DNA of 64,000 nt from Oikopleura dioica (Eukaryota > Animalia > Chordata), in the NCBI GenBank assembly GCA_907165135.1, contig OU015569.1, forward strand, positions 11,408,001 through 11,472,000, given 5' to 3'. Shown in pieces: positions 26,901-39,000 of the stretch. Both the position numbers and the translations under genes were made by a program. A model generated the notes under the pieces. It ran no database searches. It worked only from the letters and a program-made list of their open reading frames with translations, and was not told where the DNA came from. Within the stretch, counting starts at the first letter, position 1; each line of letters begins with the position of its first letter.

Positions 26901-28699
26901 CCGTGGCGATCGGCAATTTGCGAGGACGATCGGAGTTGCTCTTCAATCTCCTGAATCTTTTTCCTTTTATCTTGCATTTGTTTCTTCTTCAACGAAATCG
27001 TAGTTTCCAGTTTCGTCCGTTCGACCGAATTATTCTTCGCCTTTTCGTCGTTTTGGCCAATTTCGTCGTCGCGGTTCTTTTCAAATTCCGCGATCTGCTC
27101 TTTTTGAAAAAGCAAGACTTCAGAAACGCCCTCGATGAAATCCTCCTGGTTCTCTTTTTCACTCAATGGGCCGAGTCGCTCTACATTCGGGAATCGTGCC
27201 GCTTCTCTTTCGAACAAAGCGGCCATGTTCTTTTCGTCCTTTTCGAACTGTTGGCTCTTCATCACTTCCTTATCGAAGCTGCTTCTCAGCGTCTTGATTC
27301 TTTCATCGAGCGAGGCTTTCTGTTCCTGTCGCTCCGCGATTTCACCTTCCAGTTGTTCCCGATCATCGCCTTTGTCCGAGTTTTGAATCGCTTCGTCGAT
27401 TCCTTCCAAGGATTCGTTGTAATCTTCAACGATTTTTTCGATCCCTTTCATTTCTTGAAAGTGCTTCAAATCGGCATGAATTTCTTGGCAGCGAGATCTC
27501 AGCGTATTCACCGCATCCATTTTTTCCTTGTGCTCTTTTACGACATCGACAAGGGACTCTTCTTCTTCTTCTACCTTTTCTAGCTCGCTTGTAAGCTCTC
27601 TGATGATTTTCTTCGACTCCACGACTTCGTCGCTGTACTTTTGAATCGTATCTTGTCGCTTCAAATACTCTTCCATTTTGAATTTTTGCCCGTTGACGCG
27701 TTCCTGTTGAACATTTATCGTCGCATTTGCTTCTTTGTAGACTTTCTTCACTTGCTCCAGCGATTTGACGTATTCTGCCGATTGGAAGATCTCGTCGAAC
27801 TTCGCCTTCAGCGATTTTGCTTCCTCAAAGGGCCAAAGCGTTTCGTCTTGGTGACAAAAGACGGCGAACTCCAGCACGGGCTTGTTGACGCCGAGCAATT
27901 GGCGCACCTGCCGGTTCATTTCTTCCACTTTTTCTGTTCTAAAAACCGGGCTTGAATTTCATTTTCTCAGGAATCCTGACTCGAAAAACACGGCGCAACT
28001 ATTTTTGAAATTTCAATCAGGAAAACAAGCCCTAAGTCAGTTTCTTTTGTCTCCTGTGCGAGCCTGACGCAGACTAAGTTACTCAAGTTCCATCATCCGC
28101 TGGAAAACGAGTCAGGTTTTAAAGAAAAGGAGTCGGCGAGACCCTGACACAGTTTATAATACAGGACAGGTTGCGCAACCCAGAATTTCCAGCCCTTTCC
28201 TGTTTTCAATCGGCGCTCCAGTTCTCTTGTCCTTGATGTTGATCGTACCTTCAAGAGTCTTGGTCGTCATGTCTCCATCCTTGAGCGTTCCCTCGAGCTT
28301 TCGGCTGACGGAGATGACGTTGATGTCTCCATTCTCGGCCGGGACTTCGAGCTCCAAATGGACTCGCGCAGGCACTTTCGTGACATTCGCTGCTTTTCGT
28401 TTTCTCCCAGTTTTCGTAGTTTCTGCTTCCTCGTTTCGTCCTTTTGGAAAGTGAATCCAGCCCTCTGAAAATGAATCAATTTTCTGTCAATTTCGTTGCT
28501 TCTTACTTGCTTTGGTGGTTCCAGGAGGAAATGCACCGGACGTGGCGTATTTGAGACATTCGATGACGGTCGTTTTTCCAGCTCCATTTTGCCCGGAAAT
28601 GAGCGTGAACGGACGCTGGAATCGGATCTCGACCTCGTTTTCTTCTCCAGGCCCGATTGAACGGATTCCGGATATTTTAATCGATCGAAGGAAACCCAT
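23997..28699 (-). CDS. RAD50: DNA repair protein RAD50
   Basis: GIRSIG, Walker A GQNGAGKTT, FCHQDETLWP, zinc hook CPVC, signature MRGRASAGQ, Walker B LTLDEPTTNLD, IITHD; about 10 exons, roughly full length. Confidence 0.97.
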
Positions 28700-28998
28700 T
28701 CTTCATCTGAACAAAATTTACGTTACTCAAACTTTATGAAAATTTGGGCATAAAAATAACAGCTTTTAGAAAAGTCTCTTCAAAGCTTTATTTTTTTATG
28801 GAAATAATCTGGAAATATCTTCTTCAGTCTCTATTCGTTTTTTCCTTTTTTTCTCACGCTCGAGAATTTCTTTCCCAACTTGGCGCGATGACTCACGATT
28901 TTCCTATTTTGCTGCGTCACGGCGCATTGAGTCAAGTTGACTCTTGAGAAAGAATCACTCGATCGCGATCAGACGGAAAAGCAGAGAAATAAACGAAG
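28700..28998. promoter_or_regulatory. Bidirectional promoter between RAD50 and TCF25
   Basis: 300 bp between divergent ATGs; TGACTCA 28889-28895, TGAGTCA 28928-28934, ARE-like GTGACGCAGC (minus) 28911-28920. Confidence 0.55.
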
Positions 28999-31900
28999 AT
29001 GTCGGCCAGGCAGCTCAAGAAATTAAGAGGATACGATCAGACTGAAGATCTCAAGAAAATGATGGGGCTGGCGAGTGGCGATGAGTCTGAAGAAGAGGCG
29101 CCCAAACTCAGTAAGTTACTGTTACCGAGGGCGGAGACGGAGCATTGTAAATAAAGTCGAATTTTTGTTTTACTATTTGACAATTTATTATCTCATAATA
29201 AGTTTTACAGTTTACAAGGTATCAACTGATGAACTTGTATAATGTGCGCTTTCATGTCACAGTGACAGTAGGGGTCTAAATTCACAGTGCGTCTTGTTTG
29301 CACTATAATATTTCCATGGGTTAACGTTCATATTGTAAATAATATTATTGTTTTCATTATGTTAAAATCCTTCAGTAGAACTCTTGAAAATCCCCTTTTT
29401 ATGAAGAATATAAAGCGCCACCTAGTAAAATAGGTGGTGGTCTAAACTTTGAAGTTCTTACGTGCGATAAGAACTTCGTGTGGCCTAAACTTTGATCGTT
29501 CCCATGTGCGATTCTTTGAGAAAGTGGCCTAAACTTTGAATTTCCCCGGAGGCGGTTCTGCCATCGGTGACTAGAGCACTGCCCGCTAAGGCCACTATGC
29601 TTTATGCGGACCAATTAGGTTTACGCTTTTCACGCAAGGTGATGACACACATAGAACTAGTCAGAGCGCCTAAGGGGAAATTCAAAGTTTAGACCACTTT
29701 CACACATAGGAAGAATCAAAGTTTAGGCCACTTTCTCAAAGAATCGCACATGGGAACAATCAAAGTTTAGGCCACACGAAGTTATTATCGCACGTAAGAA
29801 CTTCAAAGTTTAGACCACCACCTATTTTACGATAAAATCTACAGTCGTACAGCTGGAACTTCAAGCCTTGAAGTAGAGCGTGTCGGTCGATAATTTCGAA
29901 TGATAGAGCCCCTCCTCTCAGATAAACAGTTCTCCTCTCTGGCAATAGATATCAAAAATATCTATTGAAAGTATTTCTATCAACATTTGTTTGGTGGAAT
30001 TTCAAATTTATAACGATGTACTTTAGTGAAAGCGCCGAAGAAAAAGAACTTCGGTTTTGCATCACTGGTTGATGATGAAGAAGATAATCTTTCTGAGGAA
30101 GATAGGGAAGAAGCCCCTACTCCAACTGTTCAAAAAACTCCGACCAAGAAGTCAAAGAAGAAGAAAAATAAAAAGAAAAAAGCTGCTGCGCAAAAGAAAG
30201 AAGACGACTTCGATTCGATTTTGGCCGAGTTCAAAGTTTCCGAAAACGACAGAAAGAGCGCAGAGAGTGCGGAGGATTCAATTGTTCGAAAGATGACATC
30301 CTGCTTGAGAATCGACTCGAAGTTCCTGGATCCAGACGCCGAGCTCAAGCGCATCTTTGGCAACGCGGCAGTTAATGCCGATCGAGCTGATCGAAAGCAG
30401 CAAAAAGGAAGACAACCTCAACGAAAACTCAGGAATGGGGCAACTCTTTCTTTACAGAAAATGCATCCATAGATGGAATTTGTCCCAATTTAGAGGATGT
30501 ATTTTGGTGAACCCGCAAAGTCATTTTCAAGGAGTTTCCGGCGGACTTGGATGTTCCGAAGACGAGAAGCAGCCTAAAGGAGGCGACGTCACGTGGTGGA
30601 AATTCACGCACAACGCAGAATACCAGAAAATGCAGGGCCTCTTTTTGAAGGCGATCAAAGGACATGATCATGAAGCACTGATGGTTATTTTGAGAAAGTG
30701 TCCTGCTCACACGGATGCAACTCTCGCTCTCTCCGACACTTGCCGGCTCCAAGACGACACAAACGCTTCAAAAGAGCTGCTCGAGCGACTACTGTTCGTC
30801 ATGGAGCGCAATCTCCATCCAAGATGCTCGATTGGAAGCGGGAAAAATAGATTTGACTACAATCGCCCAGAAAATCGACCTCTTTTTGGAGGACTTTTCA
30901 GGTTAGCCCTCTTCTTTTTGTTTTGAAATCAAGGAAGTGAATAAACTGTAATTTAGGTACTGTCAGTTGTCCGCGAGGCGTGGTTGCTGGCGAACCGCAC
31001 TCGAGCAGGCAAAGCTTTTGCTTTCGCTGGATCCGATTCGGGATCCGCTGGCATCAGTCCTGCTCATTCCCCTCTACGCTGTCCGCTGTGGCGCATTTAG
31101 TGAGCTGATCGAAATGGAGCAAGAGCTGGCGCATCGAAATGTCTCCAGTATGCCGAACTGGTGCTTGGCGATTTCCCTGGCGTATATCTACCTTGACAAG
31201 GTTGATCTTGCCCAGAAGAGGATGGAAGAATGCCTCAAGAACTTCCCGGGTTTACTGATAAGACTCCTCAACGCGATTCAAGGTTTGAAAAAGAATAGTA
31301 GACTATTCTTGAGTTGAATACTTTTTTAGCTGAACCGGGCCCAGAAATCGCCTCCAGTGAGTTCTTCAACAGCGACGAAGGAACTCGAAAGCTGCTGTAC
31401 CAGTTGATTTGCGAACGTGAAGTCGACTTGTGGAAAGAGACAAAGGCGCAGCAGGTTCTCACTGCAGCAGCCGAATCGATTGTTGCGCTTAATTTACCCG
31501 CTTCAAAGAACAAATTCAACAAGGAATGGGTCAACCCTTCGCTTCTTTCTTGATTGGGGCTTTAGTCTCTAATGACTAAAGATAAATTAAGCAAAAAGGT
31601 GACCCAGAAAGTAGACCCCTCCGCAAATAATGCGCCACTGCATTTTGTCAGACGTGACTGTTAGTAATCTGCGCCCAGAGGAATCCTATCTCTTCGATCC
31701 CTACCCGCCCAAAGCTGATGATCAAGTGATCACCTACGAACCGGTCATTCCGGCCGAAGATACCACTTTATACGGCTTCAACTCGATCGCTGAATCGTTT
31801 TTACAAAGCTTCGCTCCTGGTTTCGAGAATTTTCCAAGAGGAGAAGACGCGGACGGCAATCCAAATACTCATGTAAACATCATCATTTAATAAATAAATT

Positions 31901-32054
31901 TTGATATTTTTTGAAGATCCAAAACGTGATGGATTCAATTTCCGCCCTGCTGGATCAAATGCGCACTGTGCGGACGAACGTCGACGGAACGACAGAAAAT
32001 GCTGATGGCGATCCGGAACACGAAGATCCCCTCGACCCGGACGCTTTTGATTGA
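28999..32054 (+). CDS. TCF25: Transcription factor 25 / Rqc1 (ribosome quality control)
   Basis: MSARQLKKLRG; LDPDAELKRIFG; WWKFTHNAEYQKMQ; DYNRPENRPLF; RRGCWRTALEQAKLLLSLDP; RHCILSD; FDPYPP. Confidence 0.92.
29425..29830. mobile_element. Foldback/MITE element with long TIRs in TCF25 intron 1
   Basis: Left ~115 bp is the near-perfect reverse complement of the right end; 16-bp GTGGYCTAAACTTTGA motif 3x on left and 4x inverted on right. Confidence 0.85.
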
Positions 32055-33023
32055 GACTGAAAACATACGCACGTGAAATAAAGAAAACAATTTTTAAAAA
32101 CTGCGAACGGAACACTTTGCTGCCAGCCTTTTGGCTCCATGCGGGAATGCAATAATCAACGATAATCGTGTGAAATCGGGGAACGATAAAAGTCTATCGC
32201 TGACGTCTCAGATAGAAACTGCATAAAGAGACATCAAAGATACATCAGACGGCGTGAGTTTTTACGTCTTTACTTTCTGGCAGTCAGAATCTGACTTTCT
32301 TTTCTTTCCCAGTAGGAATCGCATGACTAGCTGAAAATGCTGGAAAGAATGAAGAATTGCATAGATATGCTGAGTTGAGTTGTTGATCCCAATTTGAGTA
32401 TGCAAAGTAGAAACAAATGCTCGAACTTAATTTTTCGGCTATTTTTTTCTTGTTCACTTTAAATAATGATACCCTTATTTTCAGTTTCAATGGGTCGACA
32501 AGAAGTCAAAACTCGATTCTTCATTAAATTTCCTACAGTAATTATCGAAATAGAAGACTCAACTCTAACCCTAATTCTCAATCAGAGCATCTGTCATGGG
32601 GAAATGAGCTTTTTATAAGCTAAAATTTGCGAATATTATTTTTTTATTTGGAAAGCGAATCGATAAGACAGGTCTTTGAGCGAAGAACTATATTTTGATT
32701 TTCTTAACAAGTAAAGTATGAATCTTATCGGGAACTTTTCTCGGTGGAAAAAGAAGAGTTGATAAAGGGTCCCTTCTGGGTTTTTATGGAATTGTTTTTT
32801 GTACGAAAGTAGCGAAATAGAAAAAAAGAAGAAGAGTACAGAGAGCGAGGAAAGATAGAACACTTGTCGGTTGTGTGCGTTTTTTGTTCACGAATTGCCA
32901 ATAATTGAAGCTTGAAGCGTTTTTTTTTCTTTTTCTGGTTCTAATAATTCTGAGATGCGGTGAGTGGTTGTTTTGTTCAATTAGTCTTGATGAAATTGTT
33001 CACGTGACGGGAGAGGGTTTTCG

Positions 33024-36000
33024 TTAGTTTGCGTTCGCAACCGCCGTGTACTGGGAGCGTCGGTCGCTGAGAGGAGCTACAGTGATGCGCTCACGCTGAA
33101 AATTTCAAATTAGAGCACAGTCCAGTTACCGTTTAGTCGCTGATTTTGGCGTCTTTGCGGCCTTGTAAATCAAAAAACGGTGATCAATTGAACTTCTTTA
33201 CCTGACTGTAGCTGTTGGTAGAATCGGAGACTCCCCAGTTGGAGATCTTAGAGCGGATGTCCCCTGCCCGCTCGGCCTGTCCGACGACTTCGCGCTGAAC
33301 GGACCTCGACGACTGATTTTCGAACATTTTCATTCGGTCCTTGAGCGAAAGCGCTCCCGAGGTGGCCATCTCCGCCTTCGAAATTATTCCTTATTTGAAC
33401 GGAAAGGGGTTGCTCACCTGAACTGTGCTGCCTGCTTTCTCGGTTTGTTTGAGATAGTTGTCCTTGAATTTGTCGATGGTGGAGACTTTCGGGACGGGTT
33501 CTTTGCGCACCTCGGGCGACTGGTTCGCCCGGGACTGGTAGCGCGACAGGCGGGTGTTCACTGAGCCGATGTTTTTGCTCTCCTAGAATTTTTCATCAGT
33601 AGATTTCAGTGCTACGAAACAGGGTTTATTACCACAAGCTGTTCCTCTTCTTCCTCCTGTTTCGCTTCGGGGGAGTTCTCTTTGAGATTCTCCTGAAATA
33701 AAAATCGTCAATTTCATCGACAAAAATTTGAATTACGAACCTGATCTTGCTCCGCTTGAATTTGAATTTGCGGAGTTTCTTGCTGGGCAGGGTCTTTTTC
33801 TGTAGATTCGTATGATTTCGTCGGCTGCTCCTCTGTCTCCACCTTCGATTTAGATTGAGAAAACGGCGTTGAGTTATTAGTGTTTAGGAAATTTGCGTTT
33901 GCGTTTTGAGAAGAGAGGATTTTGCAAGAAGGAGGCGAGGATGCTAGGACTGGGTTGCTTTTTGGGCGACTTTGTTTTAAGGAAGTGTGATATTTTTGGG
34001 CTGGTTTGTGGGAGAGTGTTTCTGGGCTCAGTTCAAGTGTCACCGGGAAAAGGTCATTAGCGAGATCGTCGAGCTCGTCAATATCTCGCAAATTGAAGTT
34101 GATCTGGCTTAGATCTGTCGCTTCACCAGAAATACCCGAGTCGGGATCGGAATCCGTCTGCTGCTCATTCTCCGAATCCGAGGACTGGACATTGACCTCG
34201 TCCATCATTGCGGTCGTTTCCAGCAATGACTCGCTGTCATTGGACTCGACCGGGGAATTCGGCTCGTCGCAGCTAGAACTCGGCGATGCTGGAATCTGCT
34301 CGACTTGTTTCGCGATGATCTGTTTTTCTTGTTGTTCCTGATGCTGCTGTTGAGCGGCAATTTTGGATTTATGCCGCGGTTTGGGACATAATGGCAGCGG
34401 CTTATTCACTGTTCTGGGCGGGATTGGAGGTGCTTAAAAAACGGTTTTATATTTTACTTATGAGTGTTTATACTACAGTCGTAAAATCTACTCAGAATTT
34501 CATTGATATTAATCATCATAAGAATCTTTGACAAATTAATTGTCACTAATCCTGGAATTCCAGAGAAAATTAGTCAGCCTAAATCCAGAATCGCGGTAGC
34601 TCTGTATTTGCTTGTTGATTTACCTTCACTAGCGACGCTTGGGACGCGCGCAGGAGATGTACAGCTGGCTGGCTCCTCTGTAATTGCTTCGGCAATACCA
34701 CTGGACACTGACGGTGCAGTTGAATTGGACTCGTCGAGTTTCACTGCTTGATTTGCCTGTTTCATCCGCCGTCGCCTCTCGCGATGCGCTTGCCACATGC
34801 GAGTCTGACTGTCAGGCTCTGTTGATTCCTGTTCCTGGCTTTCTGAAACTGAGCTCTTCCGCGAAAAAGAGCTGCTTCGCGAAATGGATTCTGCTTTTGC
34901 TTCTGGAGCTGGCGGCCATTTGGGAACGGAGCGCTGCGAACTCGTTGTCGAATAAGAAGGACTGCAACGGCCAGAAGAATAAACTGATCCCTAATGAACT
35001 GGTGCTCACGTGACAGTTGGGGATTTATCAATTAGCCTTTTCTGTTTTATCAGCGCTTGGGATGAATTAAAACGGATGAAGGGGACTCTATCGCGAAGAG
35101 GGAGATTTGATCCCTTATTTAAAATTTGGCTGGGAGAGAGAGAAGCTCATAAATTTTCCTGAGTGTTATTTGTCAACTGCAGCTGTCCAGATATTTGGCA
35201 GAAACAATCGAAATTATCGGGGGCAAGAAGAAAGGGCTCAAAAGGTTGGGCCGCCAAAGAGCGACAAAGAGAAAATTTAAACAGGAGTGACGCTGCTCCA
35301 ATTTTCGTTTTTTTTCAGAAATTCTGAGAAAAAAGTCAGCTGTTTTCGAAAAATACGCTCTCATTGAGGAAGCGATAAAACGGTTTTATGAGCTAAAGGG
35401 ACAGAGATCTCTCTGATTAAAGTACTAAAAGACGCAAGCCAAGTTCACTCGATTTTTTTACGAGGCGACCTGAGAGCGTGATCCATAAACCTTACCAGCG
35501 GTAAACTGTCTCACTAAAATCATACGTCCGTCATTTATACAAAGACTTTCTTGGAGAAGAAAAAATGCTCAAAGAATCGTTGGTATTTTCGATTTTCAGA
35601 AGATTTAAGACAAAAAAATCATAAAAAAGATGGAAAAAAATTACACATCTTATTAAAAATCGTAAAATCAAGTCGATTTGAACCCTTTTTTCGACAAATT
35701 TTTGCAATTGAATCGCATCTTTTTCTTTCTTATTGTCTAAAAAATCTTCTGAGAATTCGACTTCGGCCATAAAACTGCCAAAACGTCCGCTAGAAAGTCT
35801 GTAGGAAAGCGTTTTTGTACGCCCCGTGAAGAAGGGAATAAATGTGGGAAAGGGAAAAAAGAAGCGGGAGCACCAAAATTCCTTCGAGGAGACGCGTATC
35901 AGCGAGTTGTCGTTGGGAATGTCGTCCGTGTTGATTGTGATGTGGTGCTTGGCGTCACCTGCGAAAACGGCTCAACACAACAAAAATAAACCTTGAGAAG

Positions 36001-39000
36001 AAAAAGGCACTTGATCTCGAAAGTTACGAAAAGAGCGCTCCTTTTCTGTGAATTTTCTCCTTTCAGGTTTTCAATTTTCTAGCAGTTCAAGCGCTCGAGA
36101 ATGGCCCTTCAGAACGCCGGCTGTTTACACTGGCGAAATCCTCAAAAGGTTTTCTAATCTAACTCGCCCCTTTCTTTCGAATGGAGAAGAAGTTGAGGAG
36201 AGCCGAGTCCTTGGTTGATGACGATTCCGATCGTTTTTCGCCGCTGCCGTTGATTTTCTAAAAAGGCGAAAAGCTCGTTCGCCTCATCTTCCATTCCCCG
36301 AAGAGATCTTCTTATTTCTGCTCTTCTTCTTTCCGTGCTCATCTCTCTTTTTAGAAATTTGTTCTTCGAGTAGGACGATCTCTTGTTGAATCTCTGACTG
36401 ATTCAACTCCTGAGCGACTCGAGATGGACAAGTCTGATAATAAAAAAAGGGCAAAAAAGTGTTCTCGGTTCAAATGTTCAAAAAAGTGCGAATGAAGTGA
36501 ATCATTAGTTGCCCGTGTTTGCGCAGTCAGTCGTGGAGATGTCGGACTCGCGGAGGAGAGCTCCCTCCCTTAGTCCCGGACGCGCAGCTCTCCCACGCCC
36601 CCATTTTCTTATATCACCTTTCGCCCAAAAAATAACTGTCTTCTGCGATTTCCTGCTTATGCTCCGGAAGAAAAAACTTTTCAGAAGCCTTCTTTTCAAG
36701 AAAAAAAAATAATAAATAATAAGAAAAGACGTTGAAAATTGTCAATAAGGAAGTTTGAAAACGAGCGAAATTGAGTTTTTAGATGTCAAGTTTTTTCAGT
36801 CGCCTGTGGAGAAAACCTGAGTCAGGAGCCTTAGAAAGCTTTCATGAAAAAGCCGCGTAGCGGCTTTTATTCTTCAACGAAGCCGCAAAGCGCCTTCGCC
36901 AAAGTTTCCTTACTCAATCTATTTTTAATGTTTAGTAGTGCTCTTACAGTAGCAGCCCTTGAAAAACGCCCCATAACAGTTCGAAAAACCAGCGGCCCAG
37001 AACAGTAAGAAAACAAAAAGCCAGTCTGTGAATAACATCTGTCATTTTCGCTGTGGTCATGCACATATTTCGCGCGCACTGCAGCATAAACTTACACACA
37101 GTCAACAGTGCATGCGAAATAGAAATATAAAAAAAGAGAGAGGCTCTCTCTTCTTTTGCAAGTCGTCGAGCTGTTGCACCTGTTGAATAGGCAGGCCAAC
37201 TTTGATTACGGGCGCTGACGTTGAGCATTTAACCTTTGGGAAAGAAAAAAAAGTAAGAAGATAAAAAGTAACACATTCAGACGGGAGCTGAATTCAAACA
37301 AAAAAATGATGAATTTACGAAAAGTTAAAGAAGTCGAATACTCATGAAAACCGAGCTACTGAATCTGGGGTCGGCAACCTGTGTGGAAAACCTGAGTCAG
37401 GATTTAAAAAATACATAAACAAATGCTAACAATGGCGAAGCCGCTTTGCGGCTTCTTTGTTAAAAAAAGCCGCAATGTAGGTTTTCGTAAAGCGCTTTTC
37501 AAATCCTGACTCAGGTTTTCTACACAGGCTGCCGAGGAGCGCAGTACTGCATTCCTACAAACCTGAGTCAGGATTCGAAAAATGCATAAAAAGCTGATTA
37601 TAGCTAAGGCTCTTTGCGGCTTTATTTTTGTAAAAGCCGCTGCGCGGCTTTTCATTAAAGGTCTTTTCAAATCCTGACTCAGGTTTTCTACACAGGCTAC
37701 CGAGGAGCGCAGTACAGCATTCCTACATTATTACGGGCTTGTTACGGAAAATGATTAGCTGATCAATCAACGCATATAAAACAGCTTCATAAAAAGGTTA
37801 TTGCCACATTGTAGCGCGATGATTATTACTCTGACAGATTATTATTGTTTAGATCACATTTTATAACTTTGTGTTTTTGATTTTTCTAGCAACGCCCTCG
37901 CTCGCAGCCTGAAAATTGATTTGACCCACTGCCGGAGTGGAAATAACGTTTTTCTATTTACGGGTTAGCCACTCTCCAAAAAAGGGTGTATTGACACAAC
38001 CGTGCTGGGGACGGTTCAAACCACAGCCTTGTCCAATTCAGTTCGCTCCCGATTACACGCTCAATATTGAAGAAGAAAGAAATGGCATCATTAAAATATC
38101 GACTCTTATTCATCGCTTTTTTGATTGAATTCTCTTCTCCCCATTTTAATTAACCCACTCTAAGAAGGACGGTTTTAAGGGGGTACACGTCGAAAATCTT
38201 TATTTTCCAACAAGCTTTTCTTTGAAAGTTAATCAAGTGATACCCTTATCTCATTTTACCAATGAAATTCTATACAGTAGAATAACCCTAGCACGAACCC
38301 TAACCCTAACCCTAATCTGATCTTTTAATCTCGAAATAAAACCTCGATTTCGCTCATTTTCAAAGCTGATTAATAATCAGTGATTATTAACATAATTATC
38401 AATGTCATTTCTTTTGACAATTTTCTGGATAAAAAAACTTCCATTTAAAATAAATTCGCTTTGAAGGCCCTTAATTCAGGCAATTAAAACTGCCTGCTCT
38501 GCAATTAAAAAGTGTTTGTTTGTACATTCTTTCCCAAGAAAAAAGCGAAAATACGGAGCGTCAAAAATAAAAAATGCGCGTGGGAGCAAGCAGCGTCACC
38601 AGCGGAAGTTCAAGGCTAAAATTGCATGTTGCGCCTACCCAATTATTTGTCTTTTATGATTGCTGCTAATAAATCACGCTGCATGCATCATTTCCCAGAT
38701 GCGCCATGAATCCAGAGAAGTTAAATATTCTCTACCTTTTTCTCGGCGATTTCTTCAGCTGGAGCTGCGTTTTCGAGCATTTCTGGAGCCTGGCTCACTT
38801 CTTCGGACATTTTGCTTGATCTGAAAAACGGAAATAAGGAAAAAATAATTGAAAGTTTCTTTGAAAATGGGACAGGAAAAGGGGTGATTTTGTGCTTCAG
38901 CAAAAAGAATTGAACGTCTCCATTTCTTTCTCTCTTTTTTTTTTGGATTGATTTGGAGCTTTCAAAAAAATATCCATAGCGTACTGATTGAATATTTATG

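Noticed and set aside
26686-27955. Long plus-strand ORFs opposite RAD50 (likewise opposite KIF5, HID1 and the SMP gene)
   Set aside because: Antisense shadows of coding exons with no family motifs
29437-29815. CRISPR-like repeat-spacer array
   Set aside because: Repeats only 16 bp, spacers mirrored in the opposite arm, eukaryotic intron, no cas genes; it is a foldback element
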